DNA from: an uncultured Alphaproteobacteria bacterium
GTDB taxonomy: Bacteria; Pseudomonadota; Alphaproteobacteria; RF32; CAG-239
Length of the DNA: 64,000 nt
NCBI GenBank assembly: GCA_944391345.1
Contig: CALXTE010000004.1
Location: forward strand, 29,275-93,274
Reading direction: 5' to 3'
Below, in pieces: positions 46,784-56,175 of the stretch. The notes beneath the pieces were generated by a model that did no database searches, had not been told where the DNA came from, and saw nothing but the letters and a program-made list of their open reading frames with translations. Position numbers and translations under genes: made by a program. Each line of letters starts with the position of its first letter. Position 1 is the stretch's first letter.

Positions 46784-47543
46784 TGATTCTCCTTTTTTTA
46801 TAATTATCTAAATGCCTAAACTCGCTTTGCTCGTTCAGGCAAAATTTCACAATCAAAGATTGCTCATTTAATTTTTTTCTTAATTTATTTTTTTGATAAT
46901 TTATATTTTATAGTATTTCCGTTAGATTTGCTCTTTTTACCCAAGAACAGAGGGTAAAAAAGAGTATAGCATTTCCGTTGAGTTTGCTTTCTTGTTTCGG
47001 TTATATCATTTCTGAAATCCGCACACCGCCGATGCGAACCTTCCACCTGCTTTTCCGGTTGGCACATTTAAAACCCGAACAAGAACCAAATTTTAAATGC
47101 CGAGGTTGTCAATGAGCACAGACAGAGCCTCAATTTCTAGCTGACATCATCAGCCGTGTCCTATTTGTTTGTCGCCGACCGTCTTTGGAGGAGTTACTTT
47201 GCGACACTTACACCAATGGGTAAGAATTTCATAGGTTTTCAGTTCGTTCCCTGCGTGAGGGTGCCTGTAAAAAGGCCTGTTTCCCCGTTTTTATAGTATG
47301 ATAGCTCTATCATAATTGGTATGTAATTGAATAATATCATATACGGTGAGACCATCGCAAAAATAAAATTCATCTAATTTTATTTATTTGTTTTCCATTA
47401 AATTTTGTAATTGTGGAATTTTTATATTGAATTTTTTTAGACTCTAGGGTATTACAGAATCGTGCTACAAAATAGCATATTTAAAAAAATGAAAAATAAA
47501 AATATTTGGGTTTTACAATGTGTTATAATGGCGTTGGCAAATT

Positions 47544-47561
47544 ATCTCTGCCTCTCCGCCA
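47544..47561 (+). repeat. attR core: distal copy of the 18-bp tRNA-Ser 3' end
   Basis: ATCTCTGCCTCTCCGCCA is identical to 40850-40867. Confidence 0.85.
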
Positions 47562-47563
47562 TT

Positions 47564-47597
47564 AAAAAATCCTGAACAAAAGTTCAGGATTTTTTTA
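47564..47597. terminator. Bidirectional terminator (displaced tRNA-Ser terminator; also serves crcB)
   Basis: AAAAAATCCTGAAC-AAAA-GTTCAGGATTTTTTT. Confidence 0.85.
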
Positions 47598-47602
47598 TAT
47601 TT

Positions 47603-47965
47603 TCAGCTTATCAATTCAGCGCATTTTATGCCGCCGAGGAGAAATATTAGGCCAATGATGATGGATAGGCTTAGATATATGCCGGCTTCAAGATAATTAT
47701 TTTTTTCTAATAAATTTGAAAAATTGAGCAGGTAAGTTGAAAAAGTTGTGAATCCGCCGAGCAAGCCAGTCATGATGAATGTTTTTAATTCAGGAGGAAG
47801 TGTTTCAAGATTTTTTTGAAAATATGCGTAAGCACAGCCAATGAAAAAAGCACCGAGAATGTTGACCGTCATGGTTCCCCAATGGGTGCTGATGCGATTG
47901 CATACTAACCACCGTAAAACCGAACCCGTACCGCCACCGATAAACACGCCTAAGGCTGCAAACAT
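47603..47965 (-). CDS. crcB: Fluoride ion channel CrcB/FluC
   Basis: GGGTGSVLRW, NILGAFFIG, GLLGGFTTFST. Confidence 0.92.
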   Translation of the reverse strand: MFAALGVFIGGGTGSVLRWLVCNRISTHWGTMTVNILGAFFIGCAYAYFQKNLETLPPELKTFIMTGLLGGFTTFSTYLLNFSNLLEKNNYLEAGIYLSLSIIIGLIFLLGGIKCAELIS

Positions 47966-48039
47966 TATTTTTCTCCTGATAATTTTTTTCTTGCTTTATA
48001 GCACGATTTTTGTTTTTGTAAAGTAAGTATGGAGGTTGC

Positions 48040-48510
48040 ATGGCAGTTTTTAGGTTTGAAAGCGGGGCAAGAGAGATTTTCCTTTCTGTTGAGGAAAAAG
48101 GCGGTGTTCTTTCGAGGGTCGGTTTTGTAAATCATTGCGAAGGTTTTGATAATCCTGATGCTTGTTCGTTGTTGTTGCAAGAAGCTTATGCTCAATTAAA
48201 GGCCTATTTTGAAAAACGCCTTTATGTTTTTGATTTGCCAATTAATTTAACGGGAACAGCTTTCCAATCTGCGGTTTGGAAAGCACTTGTTGATATTCCC
48301 TATGGTGCGGTGCGCTCTTATAAAGACATTGCTTGGGCGGTGAAGTCACCCAAAGCGGTGCGTGCCGTGGGGCAAGCATGTCATCATAATCCGATTGCGA
48401 TTATTGTTCCGTGTCATCGGGTGGTGGCCAGCAGCGGTAAGCTTGGTGGTTATGCCGGTGGGCTAGATTATAAGCAATTTTTACTTGAATTAGAAAAAGA
48501 AAAGTGCTGA
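48040..48510 (+). CDS. ogt: Methylated-DNA--protein-cysteine methyltransferase
   Basis: IPYGAVRSYKDIA, NPIAIIVPCHRVV (PCHR active site), GGYAGG. Confidence 0.92.
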   Translation: MAVFRFESGAREIFLSVEEKGGVLSRVGFVNHCEGFDNPDACSLLLQEAYAQLKAYFEKRLYVFDLPINLTGTAFQSAVWKALVDIPYGAVRSYKDIAWAVKSPKAVRAVGQACHHNPIAIIVPCHRVVASSGKLGGYAGGLDYKQFLLELEKEKC

Positions 48511-48535
48511 AAAATCAGCACTTTTCCTATTTTTA
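48500..48535. terminator. Bidirectional terminator between ogt and the MFS gene
   Basis: AAAAGTGCTGA-AAAA-TCAGCACTTTT. Confidence 0.8.
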
Positions 48536-49924
48536 GAACTGACGTGCCGGAAGGCGTTTCTTCCAGTTTTGTTCAATTTGCTCTAACGAGCGACCTTTGG
48601 TTTCGGGAATGTAGTAATAAGTATAGAACAAGCTGAATATTCCTACAAATCCAAAAATCCAGAAGGTGTAAGCCTCGCCAATTGTTTCAAGCAATGTCGG
48701 GAAAATCAGCGCAACGATAAAGTTAAAAGCAAAGTTTGACATTGTGGCAATGCTCATGGCGGTACCTCTTATCTTTAAGGGCATGATTTCGGAAATCAGA
48801 ATCCATGCAATCGGGCCTAAAGAGAAGGCAAAGCAAGCTATAAAGGTGACAATGCTGCCGACTGAAACCCATTTTAGGTCAAGACCAAGCGTGTTTTTGA
48901 AATAAAATGAAGCACCGAGAGCAAAAAGGCTTATGGTCATGCCGCTTAAACCTGCGTAAAGTAAAGGCTTGCGTCCGATTTTGTCGGTGAAGAAAATAGC
49001 GACAAAGGTCATGGTAAAATTTACAAAGCCGACACCGATGGTGGCGTATAAGGCGCCAATTGTATCGGTAAAGCCGGCGGCCTTGAAAATCGTGGCGGTA
49101 TAATAGATTATGGTATTAATACCGGTGCAGATTTGGATAAACATGATGATAACACCGACGCTGACCGGCATAAGCATCCAGCTTTCAAAGACTTTTTTCT
49201 TCTTTTGGGTGGTCTTAACGGCCTTGGGCAAGGTCGATTTGATTTCAGCAATATGTTTGTCAGCATCTTCGTCAGGTTCAATTTTTTGGAAGATTTCTTT
49301 GGCTTCATTCTCGCGTTTTTTGCTGATTAACCAACGCGGTGTGTCGCCCAAAAAGCTAATGCCGATAAGCAGAATCATGGCCGGAATTAGGCCGGCGCCG
49401 AGCATCCAGCGCCAGTTGTATTCGCTTAGGGCAAAAATGCGGTTGATTAAATATGAAAACAAAATGCCGGCAGTGATGGCTAGCTGATAGAGCGAAACCA
49501 ACATGCCGCGGACTTTTTGCGGTGATAATTCCGATAAATAAAGCGGAATCACAAAATTGACCATACCAATGGCTAAGCCGAGAATCATGCGGCCGGCAAT
49601 TAACCATGAAACACTGGTGGCAAAGCCGCACAAAATCGAACCGATTGCAAAAATTGTTCCGGTTGCGATAATGACTTTTTTGCGGCCATAGACATCGGCT
49701 AAAACACCATTAACAGCAGCGCCGATAACTGCTCCGACCAAAGCCGAGGATACAACCCATCCTTGTTCCAAGGTGGTTAGCGGCCAGGTGTCGTTGATAA
49801 ACAGCAAAGCGCCGGAGATGACGCCGGTGTCAAAACCGGATAATAAACCGCCTAAAGAGGCGACGCCGGCAATGACGTAAAGTAAAAGATGTTTGATTCT
49901 TTTTTTAGGTGTGGCTGTGTTCAT
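48533..49924 (-). CDS. MFS sugar porter (sugar:H+ symporter family)
   Basis: 12 TM helices. GRKKVI and PETKGRSLEQIE sugar-porter signatures. GFDTGVISGAL. Confidence 0.88.
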   Translation of the reverse strand: MNTATPKKRIKHLLLYVIAGVASLGGLLSGFDTGVISGALLFINDTWPLTTLEQGWVVSSALVGAVIGAAVNGVLADVYGRKKVIIATGTIFAIGSILCGFATSVSWLIAGRMILGLAIGMVNFVIPLYLSELSPQKVRGMLVSLYQLAITAGILFSYLINRIFALSEYNWRWMLGAGLIPAMILLIGISFLGDTPRWLISKKRENEAKEIFQKIEPDEDADKHIAEIKSTLPKAVKTTQKKKKVFESWMLMPVSVGVIIMFIQICTGINTIIYYTATIFKAAGFTDTIGALYATIGVGFVNFTMTFVAIFFTDKIGRKPLLYAGLSGMTISLFALGASFYFKNTLGLDLKWVSVGSIVTFIACFAFSLGPIAWILISEIMPLKIRGTAMSIATMSNFAFNFIVALIFPTLLETIGEAYTFWIFGFVGIFSLFYTYYYIPETKGRSLEQIEQNWKKRLPARQF

Positions 49925-50052
49925 GTTTTTCTCCCCTAATGTTTCTATGCTTTCTAATATAATATCGTAATTATCTTTAGCAACAAAATATTTTTTTTAA
50001 TTAACCTTTTTCAAAGAAATTTGCATTACTCTATTGAAATAGGGAGATTGTT

Positions 50053-51330
50053 GTGAAAAAGGGGATTCTTTATACATCAGTGGCGGTTTTGGTTGGAGAA
50101 ATGCTGGCGGTTTCTGCCGGTATGGCTCAGGATGTTGTTGTTCCTCCAGAATATCAGCTTTGGCTTGAAACTCTAAAAAAAGAAATGATTGACAAAGGAA
50201 TCACCCAACAAACGGTTGAAACGGTTTTTGCGCCGAATTATTATCAACCAAAGCCCGAGGTGGTTGATATTGACAGAAAACAAATTGAATTTGTTTTGAC
50301 CTCAACGGATTATCTCAATCGTATGTTATCGGCTAAAAAAGTTAAGGAAGGGCAGCAGAAATATCGCGAGCTTTATCCCTTGTTTCATGACATGGAAAAA
50401 AATTACGGTGTTCCGTTTGAGTTTATTGTTGCTTTTTGGGGGATGGAAAGCAACTACGGCAAGCAGTTTGGCAATTTTAACGTGATTGAGGTTTTGACCC
50501 AGCTAAGTTATGACAAAAGACGTCCGACGTTTTTCAGAAATCAACTTTACCAAGCCTTGGTCATGATTGATAAATGGGGAATAGATTATAAAAAAATGGA
50601 CGGGTCTTGGGCCGGTGCCATGGGGCATTTTCAGTTTATGCCCTCCACATTTAATGCTTATGCCATTGATTATAATGTTGACGGAAAAATTGATGTTTGG
50701 CACTCGTTTGAAGATGCTGCCGCATCGGCCGCTAATTATCTTTCAAAACTGGGATGGAATATTAATGAGCCATGGGGATGTGAAGTTAGTCTGCCGTGGA
50801 ATTTTGACTATGCCTTGAGCGGTCGTAAAACTACTAAAACGGTTCGTGAGTGGCGCAAAATCGGGGTCAAAACCGTTGATAATAAAAAGCTTAAGCTTCC
50901 TTCCGAGATGAAAGCCTCAATCATTGTTCCCGAAGGGAAAAAAGGGCGCGCCTATCTTATCGGTGATAATTTTAAGCGTATTTTATCTTGGAATCGGTCG
51001 GAAAATTATGCTCTGGCCGTCAGTATCCTTTCTGATTATGTTAAAAACGAGCAGAAATGGGTGCCGTTAAAACAGCATCAGGCTTTGCGCCTTAAAACTG
51101 ATGATGTTATGAAAATTCAAGACTTTATCAACAAACTCGGTTGGTTTAAACTCGAAAAAGACGGAAAACTCGGGTCTCAGACAAGAGAAGCAATAAAAGA
51201 AGTGCAGAAAAAAGCCAATATGCCTCAGGACGGTTATCCTGATTATCAGCTTTTGCAAAAAATTAATAAGTATAATCCGGATATCGGCTTTGCGATTCCG
51301 GTTCCCATTCCGAAAGTGCAAAAAAAATAA
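50053..51330 (+). CDS. Lytic murein transglycosylase (MltB/SLT_2-like) with a C-terminal peptidoglycan-binding domain
   Basis: GMESNYG catalytic Glu motif, GHFQFMPSTF, and a C-terminal PG_binding_1-like DGKLGSQTREAIKEVQ. GTG start after GGGAG. Confidence 0.85.
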   Translation: MKKGILYTSVAVLVGEMLAVSAGMAQDVVVPPEYQLWLETLKKEMIDKGITQQTVETVFAPNYYQPKPEVVDIDRKQIEFVLTSTDYLNRMLSAKKVKEGQQKYRELYPLFHDMEKNYGVPFEFIVAFWGMESNYGKQFGNFNVIEVLTQLSYDKRRPTFFRNQLYQALVMIDKWGIDYKKMDGSWAGAMGHFQFMPSTFNAYAIDYNVDGKIDVWHSFEDAAASAANYLSKLGWNINEPWGCEVSLPWNFDYALSGRKTTKTVREWRKIGVKTVDNKKLKLPSEMKASIIVPEGKKGRAYLIGDNFKRILSWNRSENYALAVSILSDYVKNEQKWVPLKQHQALRLKTDDVMKIQDFINKLGWFKLEKDGKLGSQTREAIKEVQKKANMPQDGYPDYQLLQKINKYNPDIGFAIPVPIPKVQKK

Positions 51331-51423
51331 TTGTAAAACGTGAAAACGCTCTTTACGAACGGGGAAAAACAGTCTAAATTGAAGAAAATTTGTTTTAGCT
51401 TTTATAATAATACAGGTGATTTG

Positions 51424-52389
51424 ATGAAATTATTGAGCCCTAAATTAATGTGTCTTTGCGCTTTGGCTGCTTTGTCGGCTTGTTCATCTCCGAAAGAGGT
51501 TGATTTGCAGGCTTCTCCTTATACGCAGGCGGCAACAATCCGTGATAACGGCGGAACTTATAAAGTCGGCAGTGCCTATCAGATTATGGGGCAATGGTAT
51601 TATCCCGAAGAAGACTATAATTATTCGGAAGAGGGTATGGCTTCGTGGTATGGTGATGATTTTCATGCCAAAACAACGGCTAATGGCGAAGAATATGATA
51701 TGAATTCTTTGACGGCGGCGCATCGGACCTTGCCTTTGCCGTCTATTGTTCGGGTTACAAACTTGGAAAACGGGCGTTCTTTGGTCTTGCGCGTTAATGA
51801 CCGTGGGCCTTATGCTAAAAACAGAATTATTGATGTTTCAAAACGGGCGGCAGAACTTTTGGGCTTCAAAACCAAAGGAACGGCAAAGGTCAGAGTGGAA
51901 ATTTTGCCTAAAGAAAGTTTGGCCTTAAAGCAGGCTTTGTTAGAGCAAGATTTTGAACCGAATTATGGTCTTTACAGTGCTCGAAATGAAAGCTTTTCTT
52001 CCGAAGTTCCGCCTCCGTCAGATACGAATCCGGAATATATTGATCGCAATGTTTTAGTCGGGGCCGGGGCTAGTGTTCCGCAGTCTCGCGTTTCGACAAC
52101 AAAAATCGCAGCGGCTGATACAACCAGTGTTTCAGCAAAACCGCGGGTGGCTGCCGGTGGAAAAAAGTTTTATGTTCAGGCAGGGGCTTTTTCTAAACAG
52201 GCTTCGGCGTTGAGCCTGTCTAAAAGATTGGCTAGTTTTGGAGAAGTGCAAACAACTGCCGCGAATGTTAACGGTTCTACTTTTTATCGGGTTCGCTTAG
52301 GCCCTTATAATGTTCAGGAAGATGCCGTTAATGCTGCAAACAAGCTAAATGATTATGGGTTTAATGATACAAGAATCGTCAAGGACTAA
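51424..52389 (+). CDS. rlpA: Septal-ring lytic transglycosylase RlpA-family lipoprotein with a SPOR domain
   Basis: Lipobox LSAC. DPBB core GMASWYGDDFHAKTTANGEEYD and VRVTNLENGRSLVLRVNDRGP. C-terminal SPOR (YVQAGAF...YRVRLGPY). Confidence 0.88.
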   Translation: MKLLSPKLMCLCALAALSACSSPKEVDLQASPYTQAATIRDNGGTYKVGSAYQIMGQWYYPEEDYNYSEEGMASWYGDDFHAKTTANGEEYDMNSLTAAHRTLPLPSIVRVTNLENGRSLVLRVNDRGPYAKNRIIDVSKRAAELLGFKTKGTAKVRVEILPKESLALKQALLEQDFEPNYGLYSARNESFSSEVPPPSDTNPEYIDRNVLVGAGASVPQSRVSTTKIAAADTTSVSAKPRVAAGGKKFYVQAGAFSKQASALSLSKRLASFGEVQTTAANVNGSTFYRVRLGPYNVQEDAVNAANKLNDYGFNDTRIVKD

Positions 52390-52401
52390 ATGAGGAAAAT
52401 T

Positions 52402-53556
52402 ATGAATTTGAAATCTGCTTTATCGGTTAGCCTTCTTGCCGGGACTGTTTTTTTCTCTGCTGTAAACTATGCTGATGCCATTGAAACAAAAGCACGTGCC
52501 GCTATTCTTATGGATTATACAACCGGACAATATCTTTATACCAAAGATCATAAGCGCATGTTGCCGCCGGCTTCAATGAGCAAATTGATGACTGTTTATA
52601 TTATTTTTGATAAACTTAAAAACGGGTCTTTATCACTAGAGGATACTTTTACCGTTAGTGAAAATGCTTGGCGTAAGGGTGGGGCGGCCAGTGGTGGTTC
52701 TACCATGTTTTTGAAAATCGGTCAAAAAGTGAGAGTTGAAGATATCCTTCGAGGAATTTTGATTCAGTCCGGTAATGATGCTTGTATTGTGGCGGCGGAA
52801 AATATTGCCGGTTCGGAAGAAGATTTTGCTCAGCAGATGAATGTTAAGGCTCATCAACTGGGCTTGAATAACAGTTCTTTTGCAAATTCTACAGGTTTGC
52901 CTGATCCGGATCAAAAGATGTCGATGGAAGATTTGGCGCTGTTAGCAAAGGCTATTATTCAAGAATTTCCTGAATTTTATCATATCTTTTCGGAAAAATA
53001 TTTTACTTTTAATAATATTAAACAAGGCAATCGCAACCCGTTGCTTTATTCAATGCCGAATGCCGATGGGATGAAAACAGGGCACACCGAAGAGGCCGGT
53101 TTTAGCTTGACGGCTACGGCAAAGCGTGGTGATCGTCGCTTGATTGAGGTTATGAGCGGTATGAAGAGCAATAAAGAACGCTCGGAAGAAGCCGAAAAGC
53201 TTATGTCTTGGGGATTTAGAGAATTTGATAACTATCAGATTCTTAATAAAAACCAAGTGATTGCCGAAATTCCGGTTTGGTTTGGAACACAGAAAAGTGT
53301 TGCGGCCGAAGTTGAGGATAATGTCATTCGTACGATTGCCAGAAGTAAGGTTTTTGATACAAAAATGACCGCTGTTTATAATTCTCCGGTGGTTGCTCCG
53401 ATTAAAAAAGGCGATAAACTCGGCGTTGTTAGAGTAGAAATTCCTGATTTTGAGACTTTTGAGGTTCCGCTTGTGGCTGTGCAAGATGTTCCGGAAGTCG
53501 GGTTTTTGGGCCGCATAAAAGAAAATCTTAAATATTTAATTTTCGGAGCTGACTAA
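52402..53556 (+). CDS. D-alanyl-D-alanine carboxypeptidase (PBP5/6, S11 family)
   Basis: PASMSKLMT (SxxK), SGND (SxN), KTGHT (KTG). ATG 52402 follows GAGGA; ATG 52390 is the alternative. Confidence 0.9.
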   Translation: MNLKSALSVSLLAGTVFFSAVNYADAIETKARAAILMDYTTGQYLYTKDHKRMLPPASMSKLMTVYIIFDKLKNGSLSLEDTFTVSENAWRKGGAASGGSTMFLKIGQKVRVEDILRGILIQSGNDACIVAAENIAGSEEDFAQQMNVKAHQLGLNNSSFANSTGLPDPDQKMSMEDLALLAKAIIQEFPEFYHIFSEKYFTFNNIKQGNRNPLLYSMPNADGMKTGHTEEAGFSLTATAKRGDRRLIEVMSGMKSNKERSEEAEKLMSWGFREFDNYQILNKNQVIAEIPVWFGTQKSVAAEVEDNVIRTIARSKVFDTKMTAVYNSPVVAPIKKGDKLGVVRVEIPDFETFEVPLVAVQDVPEVGFLGRIKENLKYLIFGAD

Positions 53557-54299
53557 TGCCTTCTTTAAGCGGGAAAGTTGCGACACCTGACGGTGTTGGT
53601 GAAAACAGTAAGGAATTCCAGTTGGAGCTGTTTCCCGAATGTCGGAAACCTGCTAAAAAAGCTTATTTTATTACTTTTGAAGGTGGAGAAGGAACAGGAA
53701 AGTCAACGCAGATTAAGCTGTTGTCTGAGTATTTGCACTCTATGCAGATTAATAATATTCAGACCAAAGAGCCCGGAGGAACCGAAATCGGGCAAGAATT
53801 GCGTCGTTTGTTGGTGACCGGTGATAAAGATAAATTTGATGCCGTGGCAGAGGCTTTGCTTTATTATGCCGACAGAAGAATTCATTTGACAACCAAGGTT
53901 TGGCCGGCGCTGAATGAGGGAAATTGGGTGTTAAGCGATCGTTTTGCCGATTCAACCGTGGCTTATCAATATTATGGTTATGGCAAACGTGTCAGTCGTG
54001 AGCTTCTTGATGATTTGTATAAAATCGCAGTCGGTGATTTTAAGCCGGATTTGACCATCGTATTGGATTTGGACCCCAAGATTGGATTGGAGCGCTCGCT
54101 AAAAAAATCTTTATCTATGGCGGTTAAAGAAACTCGGCACGAAAGCCGCGCTTTGGAATTTCATAATAATTTGCGGCAGGGATACTTGGAAATGGCTAAG
54201 TTGGAGCCGGAGCGTTTTGTTGTGCTTGATGCCGATAAAAATATTGAACAGCTCCATATTGATATTGTACAGACCATAAAAGAGAGGTTTAAGCTCTGA
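53556..54299 (+). CDS. tmk: dTMP kinase; the N-terminal 35 aa are an extension or a mis-start
   Basis: FITFEGGEGTGKSTQ P-loop, DRFADST, LDLDP. Confidence 0.88.
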   Translation: MPSLSGKVATPDGVGENSKEFQLELFPECRKPAKKAYFITFEGGEGTGKSTQIKLLSEYLHSMQINNIQTKEPGGTEIGQELRRLLVTGDKDKFDAVAEALLYYADRRIHLTTKVWPALNEGNWVLSDRFADSTVAYQYYGYGKRVSRELLDDLYKIAVGDFKPDLTIVLDLDPKIGLERSLKKSLSMAVKETRHESRALEFHNNLRQGYLEMAKLEPERFVVLDADKNIEQLHIDIVQTIKERFKL

Positions 54300-54300
54300 T

Positions 54301-55368
54301 ATGGAAGGTGATAATTCGCAAATATCGGGGCAGCCTTTGCCTCAGGCTAATTCGCTGTTGATGGGGCATGAGTATGCTGAGAAAATTTTACTTGATGCCT
54401 GGAAAAATAATTCTTTGCACAATTCTTGGCTTATTTCCGGCGTGGAGGGAATTGGTAAGGCAACTTTGGCTTATCGTTTTGCACGATTTTTGTTAGCTGC
54501 TGATGAAGGAAAACGAGATAGCTATAGCTCGCTTAATGTTGCCGAAAGTTCTGAAGTGTTTCGGCTGGTCGCAAGTGATTCTCATCCTGATTTGAAGGTG
54601 TTGTCTCGGGATTATACCGAAACAGACAGAAAAAAAATTCTGAAAGCGATTAAAGACGGGGAACCGCTTTCGGCCGATGAAATGTCGGGGTTGAAAAAAT
54701 CATCTTTTATTAAAGTTGATGATGTGCGGTTGATTAATGAATTTCTTTCAAAAAGAGCATCTAATGACGGGTGGCGTGTGGTTATTGTGGACAGTGTTGA
54801 TGATATGAACTCCGCCAGTGCAAATGCTATTTTGAAAATTTTGGAAGAGCCGCCATACAAAACCATGATGATTTTGATTTCGCATAATCCGAACCGTCTG
54901 TTGGCGACAATTAAGTCTCGTTGTTCAAAACTGGATTTGCGGCCGCTTGATGATATTACTGTTGCCAGTTTGTTGCGTCGGTATCGGCCGACATTATCTG
55001 AACCGCAAGTAAAGCAGTTGGTATCAATTTGTTCCGGAAGTATCGGAAAAGCGATAATTTATGCCGATAATGACGCTTTGGGCCTTTATGCCGAGCTTTC
55101 GGCTTTATTGGCGGCCGGAGCAAAGTTTAAAATTAATGACTTGTTGCGATTTTGTGATGATGCTTTGGAAAGTGAAGAGCGTTTTTATCTGACGCAGGAG
55201 CTTATTCTTAAATGTATGGCAGAAAAGCTTAAGTCTTCGTCTCAGCCCGAAAATGTGCTTGAAGTTTGGGATAAAACGCTTAAAATGTTTGATAATGTTG
55301 AGCGAATTAATATGGACAAGAAGCAGACCCTTATTAATGTGCTTTATAATTTTTGTAAACTTAGTTAA
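54301..55368 (+). CDS. holB: DNA polymerase III delta' subunit
   Basis: HNSWLISGVEGIGKATLA, NAILKILEEPP, IKSRC. Confidence 0.88.
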   Translation: MEGDNSQISGQPLPQANSLLMGHEYAEKILLDAWKNNSLHNSWLISGVEGIGKATLAYRFARFLLAADEGKRDSYSSLNVAESSEVFRLVASDSHPDLKVLSRDYTETDRKKILKAIKDGEPLSADEMSGLKKSSFIKVDDVRLINEFLSKRASNDGWRVVIVDSVDDMNSASANAILKILEEPPYKTMMILISHNPNRLLATIKSRCSKLDLRPLDDITVASLLRRYRPTLSEPQVKQLVSICSGSIGKAIIYADNDALGLYAELSALLAAGAKFKINDLLRFCDDALESEERFYLTQELILKCMAEKLKSSSQPENVLEVWDKTLKMFDNVERINMDKKQTLINVLYNFCKLS

Positions 55369-55377
55369 GGATTAAAT

Positions 55378-56175
55378 ATGTTAGTCGACAGCCACTGTCA
55401 TTTGGATTTTAATGATTTTGATGATGATTTTGATGATATGATTCAACGCGCTAAAGAAAACGGCGTTACGGCAATGCTTGATGCCGGAAATAATATTGAT
55501 GCGCTTGATAATCAGTTGAAACTGGCTGAAAAATATCCGTTTATTTATACAGCAGTCGGCGTGCATCCGCATAATGCTTCCGAATATCCACAGATTAAAG
55601 CTGAAGATTTTATTGCCAAAGCAAATCATAAGAAGGTTGTGGCTATCGGAGAATGCGGGCTTGATTATTATTATGATTACAGTCCCAAAGAAGATCAATT
55701 TAGGGTTTTGAACGAACAGATTATTGCAGCCCAAGAAACAGGTTTGCCGTTGATTATTCATAATCGCGATTCTGATGATGATATGATTGAAATTTTATCA
55801 AAGGCTTATAAGCAAAAAAGTTTCAGCGGTGTGATACATTGTTTTTCTTCTTCCCAAAAGTTGGCTGATTTTGCGCTTGAAATCGGGTTTTATCTTTCGG
55901 CCTCGGGGATGATTACTTTTAATAAATCCGGTGATATTCGTGATATTTTTGCAAAAGTTCCGTTAGAGAGATTGTTGGTTGAGACTGATGCGCCTTATTT
56001 GTCTCCGGTGCCGATGCGCGGTCGTCGGAATGAGTCTTCTTTTGTGGTTCATACGGCAGAAAAGCTGGCTCAGATTAAAGATATTTCTTTTGAAAAACTG
56101 GCGCAGATTACTTCTGATAATTTTTATAAATTATTTAGAAAAGCCAGCGACAAAGGGAGATATGACTTCAAATGA
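55378..56175 (+). CDS. tatD: TatD-family metal-dependent hydrolase
   Basis: LVDSHCHLDF, GECGLDYYY, IHNRD, VETDAPYL. Confidence 0.9.
   Translation: MLVDSHCHLDFNDFDDDFDDMIQRAKENGVTAMLDAGNNIDALDNQLKLAEKYPFIYTAVGVHPHNASEYPQIKAEDFIAKANHKKVVAIGECGLDYYYDYSPKEDQFRVLNEQIIAAQETGLPLIIHNRDSDDDMIEILSKAYKQKSFSGVIHCFSSSQKLADFALEIGFYLSASGMITFNKSGDIRDIFAKVPLERLLVETDAPYLSPVPMRGRRNESSFVVHTAEKLAQIKDISFEKLAQITSDNFYKLFRKASDKGRYDFK

Larger units (their letters stand above)
40868..47561. mobile_element. Integrative genomic island (about 6.7 kb) in tRNA-Ser
   Basis: Bounded by the 18-bp direct repeat. An integrase gene lies next to the tRNA. The sequence is much more AT-rich than the flanks. The native-looking tRNA terminator sits just beyond the distal repeat. 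Confidence 0.85.

Noticed and set aside
46909-46992. The 28-bp direct repeats considered as a CRISPR array.
   Set aside because: There are only two imperfect copies, the spacer is itself a hairpin, and there are no cas genes. No CRISPR array exists anywhere in the window.
46885-47067. 60-aa minus-strand ORF in the island's structured region.
   Set aside because: It has no RBS, it crosses the repeat and hairpin elements, and its translation has no features. It is probably non-coding.
47134-47153. Hammerhead-like CUGAUGA ... GAAA on the minus strand of the island's structured segment.
   Set aside because: The 9 nt between the two core elements cannot form a stem II, and no stem I/III partners are evident. 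It is probably a chance match.
47966-48039. Fluoride riboswitch expected upstream of crcB.
   Set aside because: The crcB-ogt divergent spacer is only 74 bp. It contains a plain TTTACA-N16-TATAAA promoter and an AGGAGA RBS, with no crcB-motif pseudoknot sequence.
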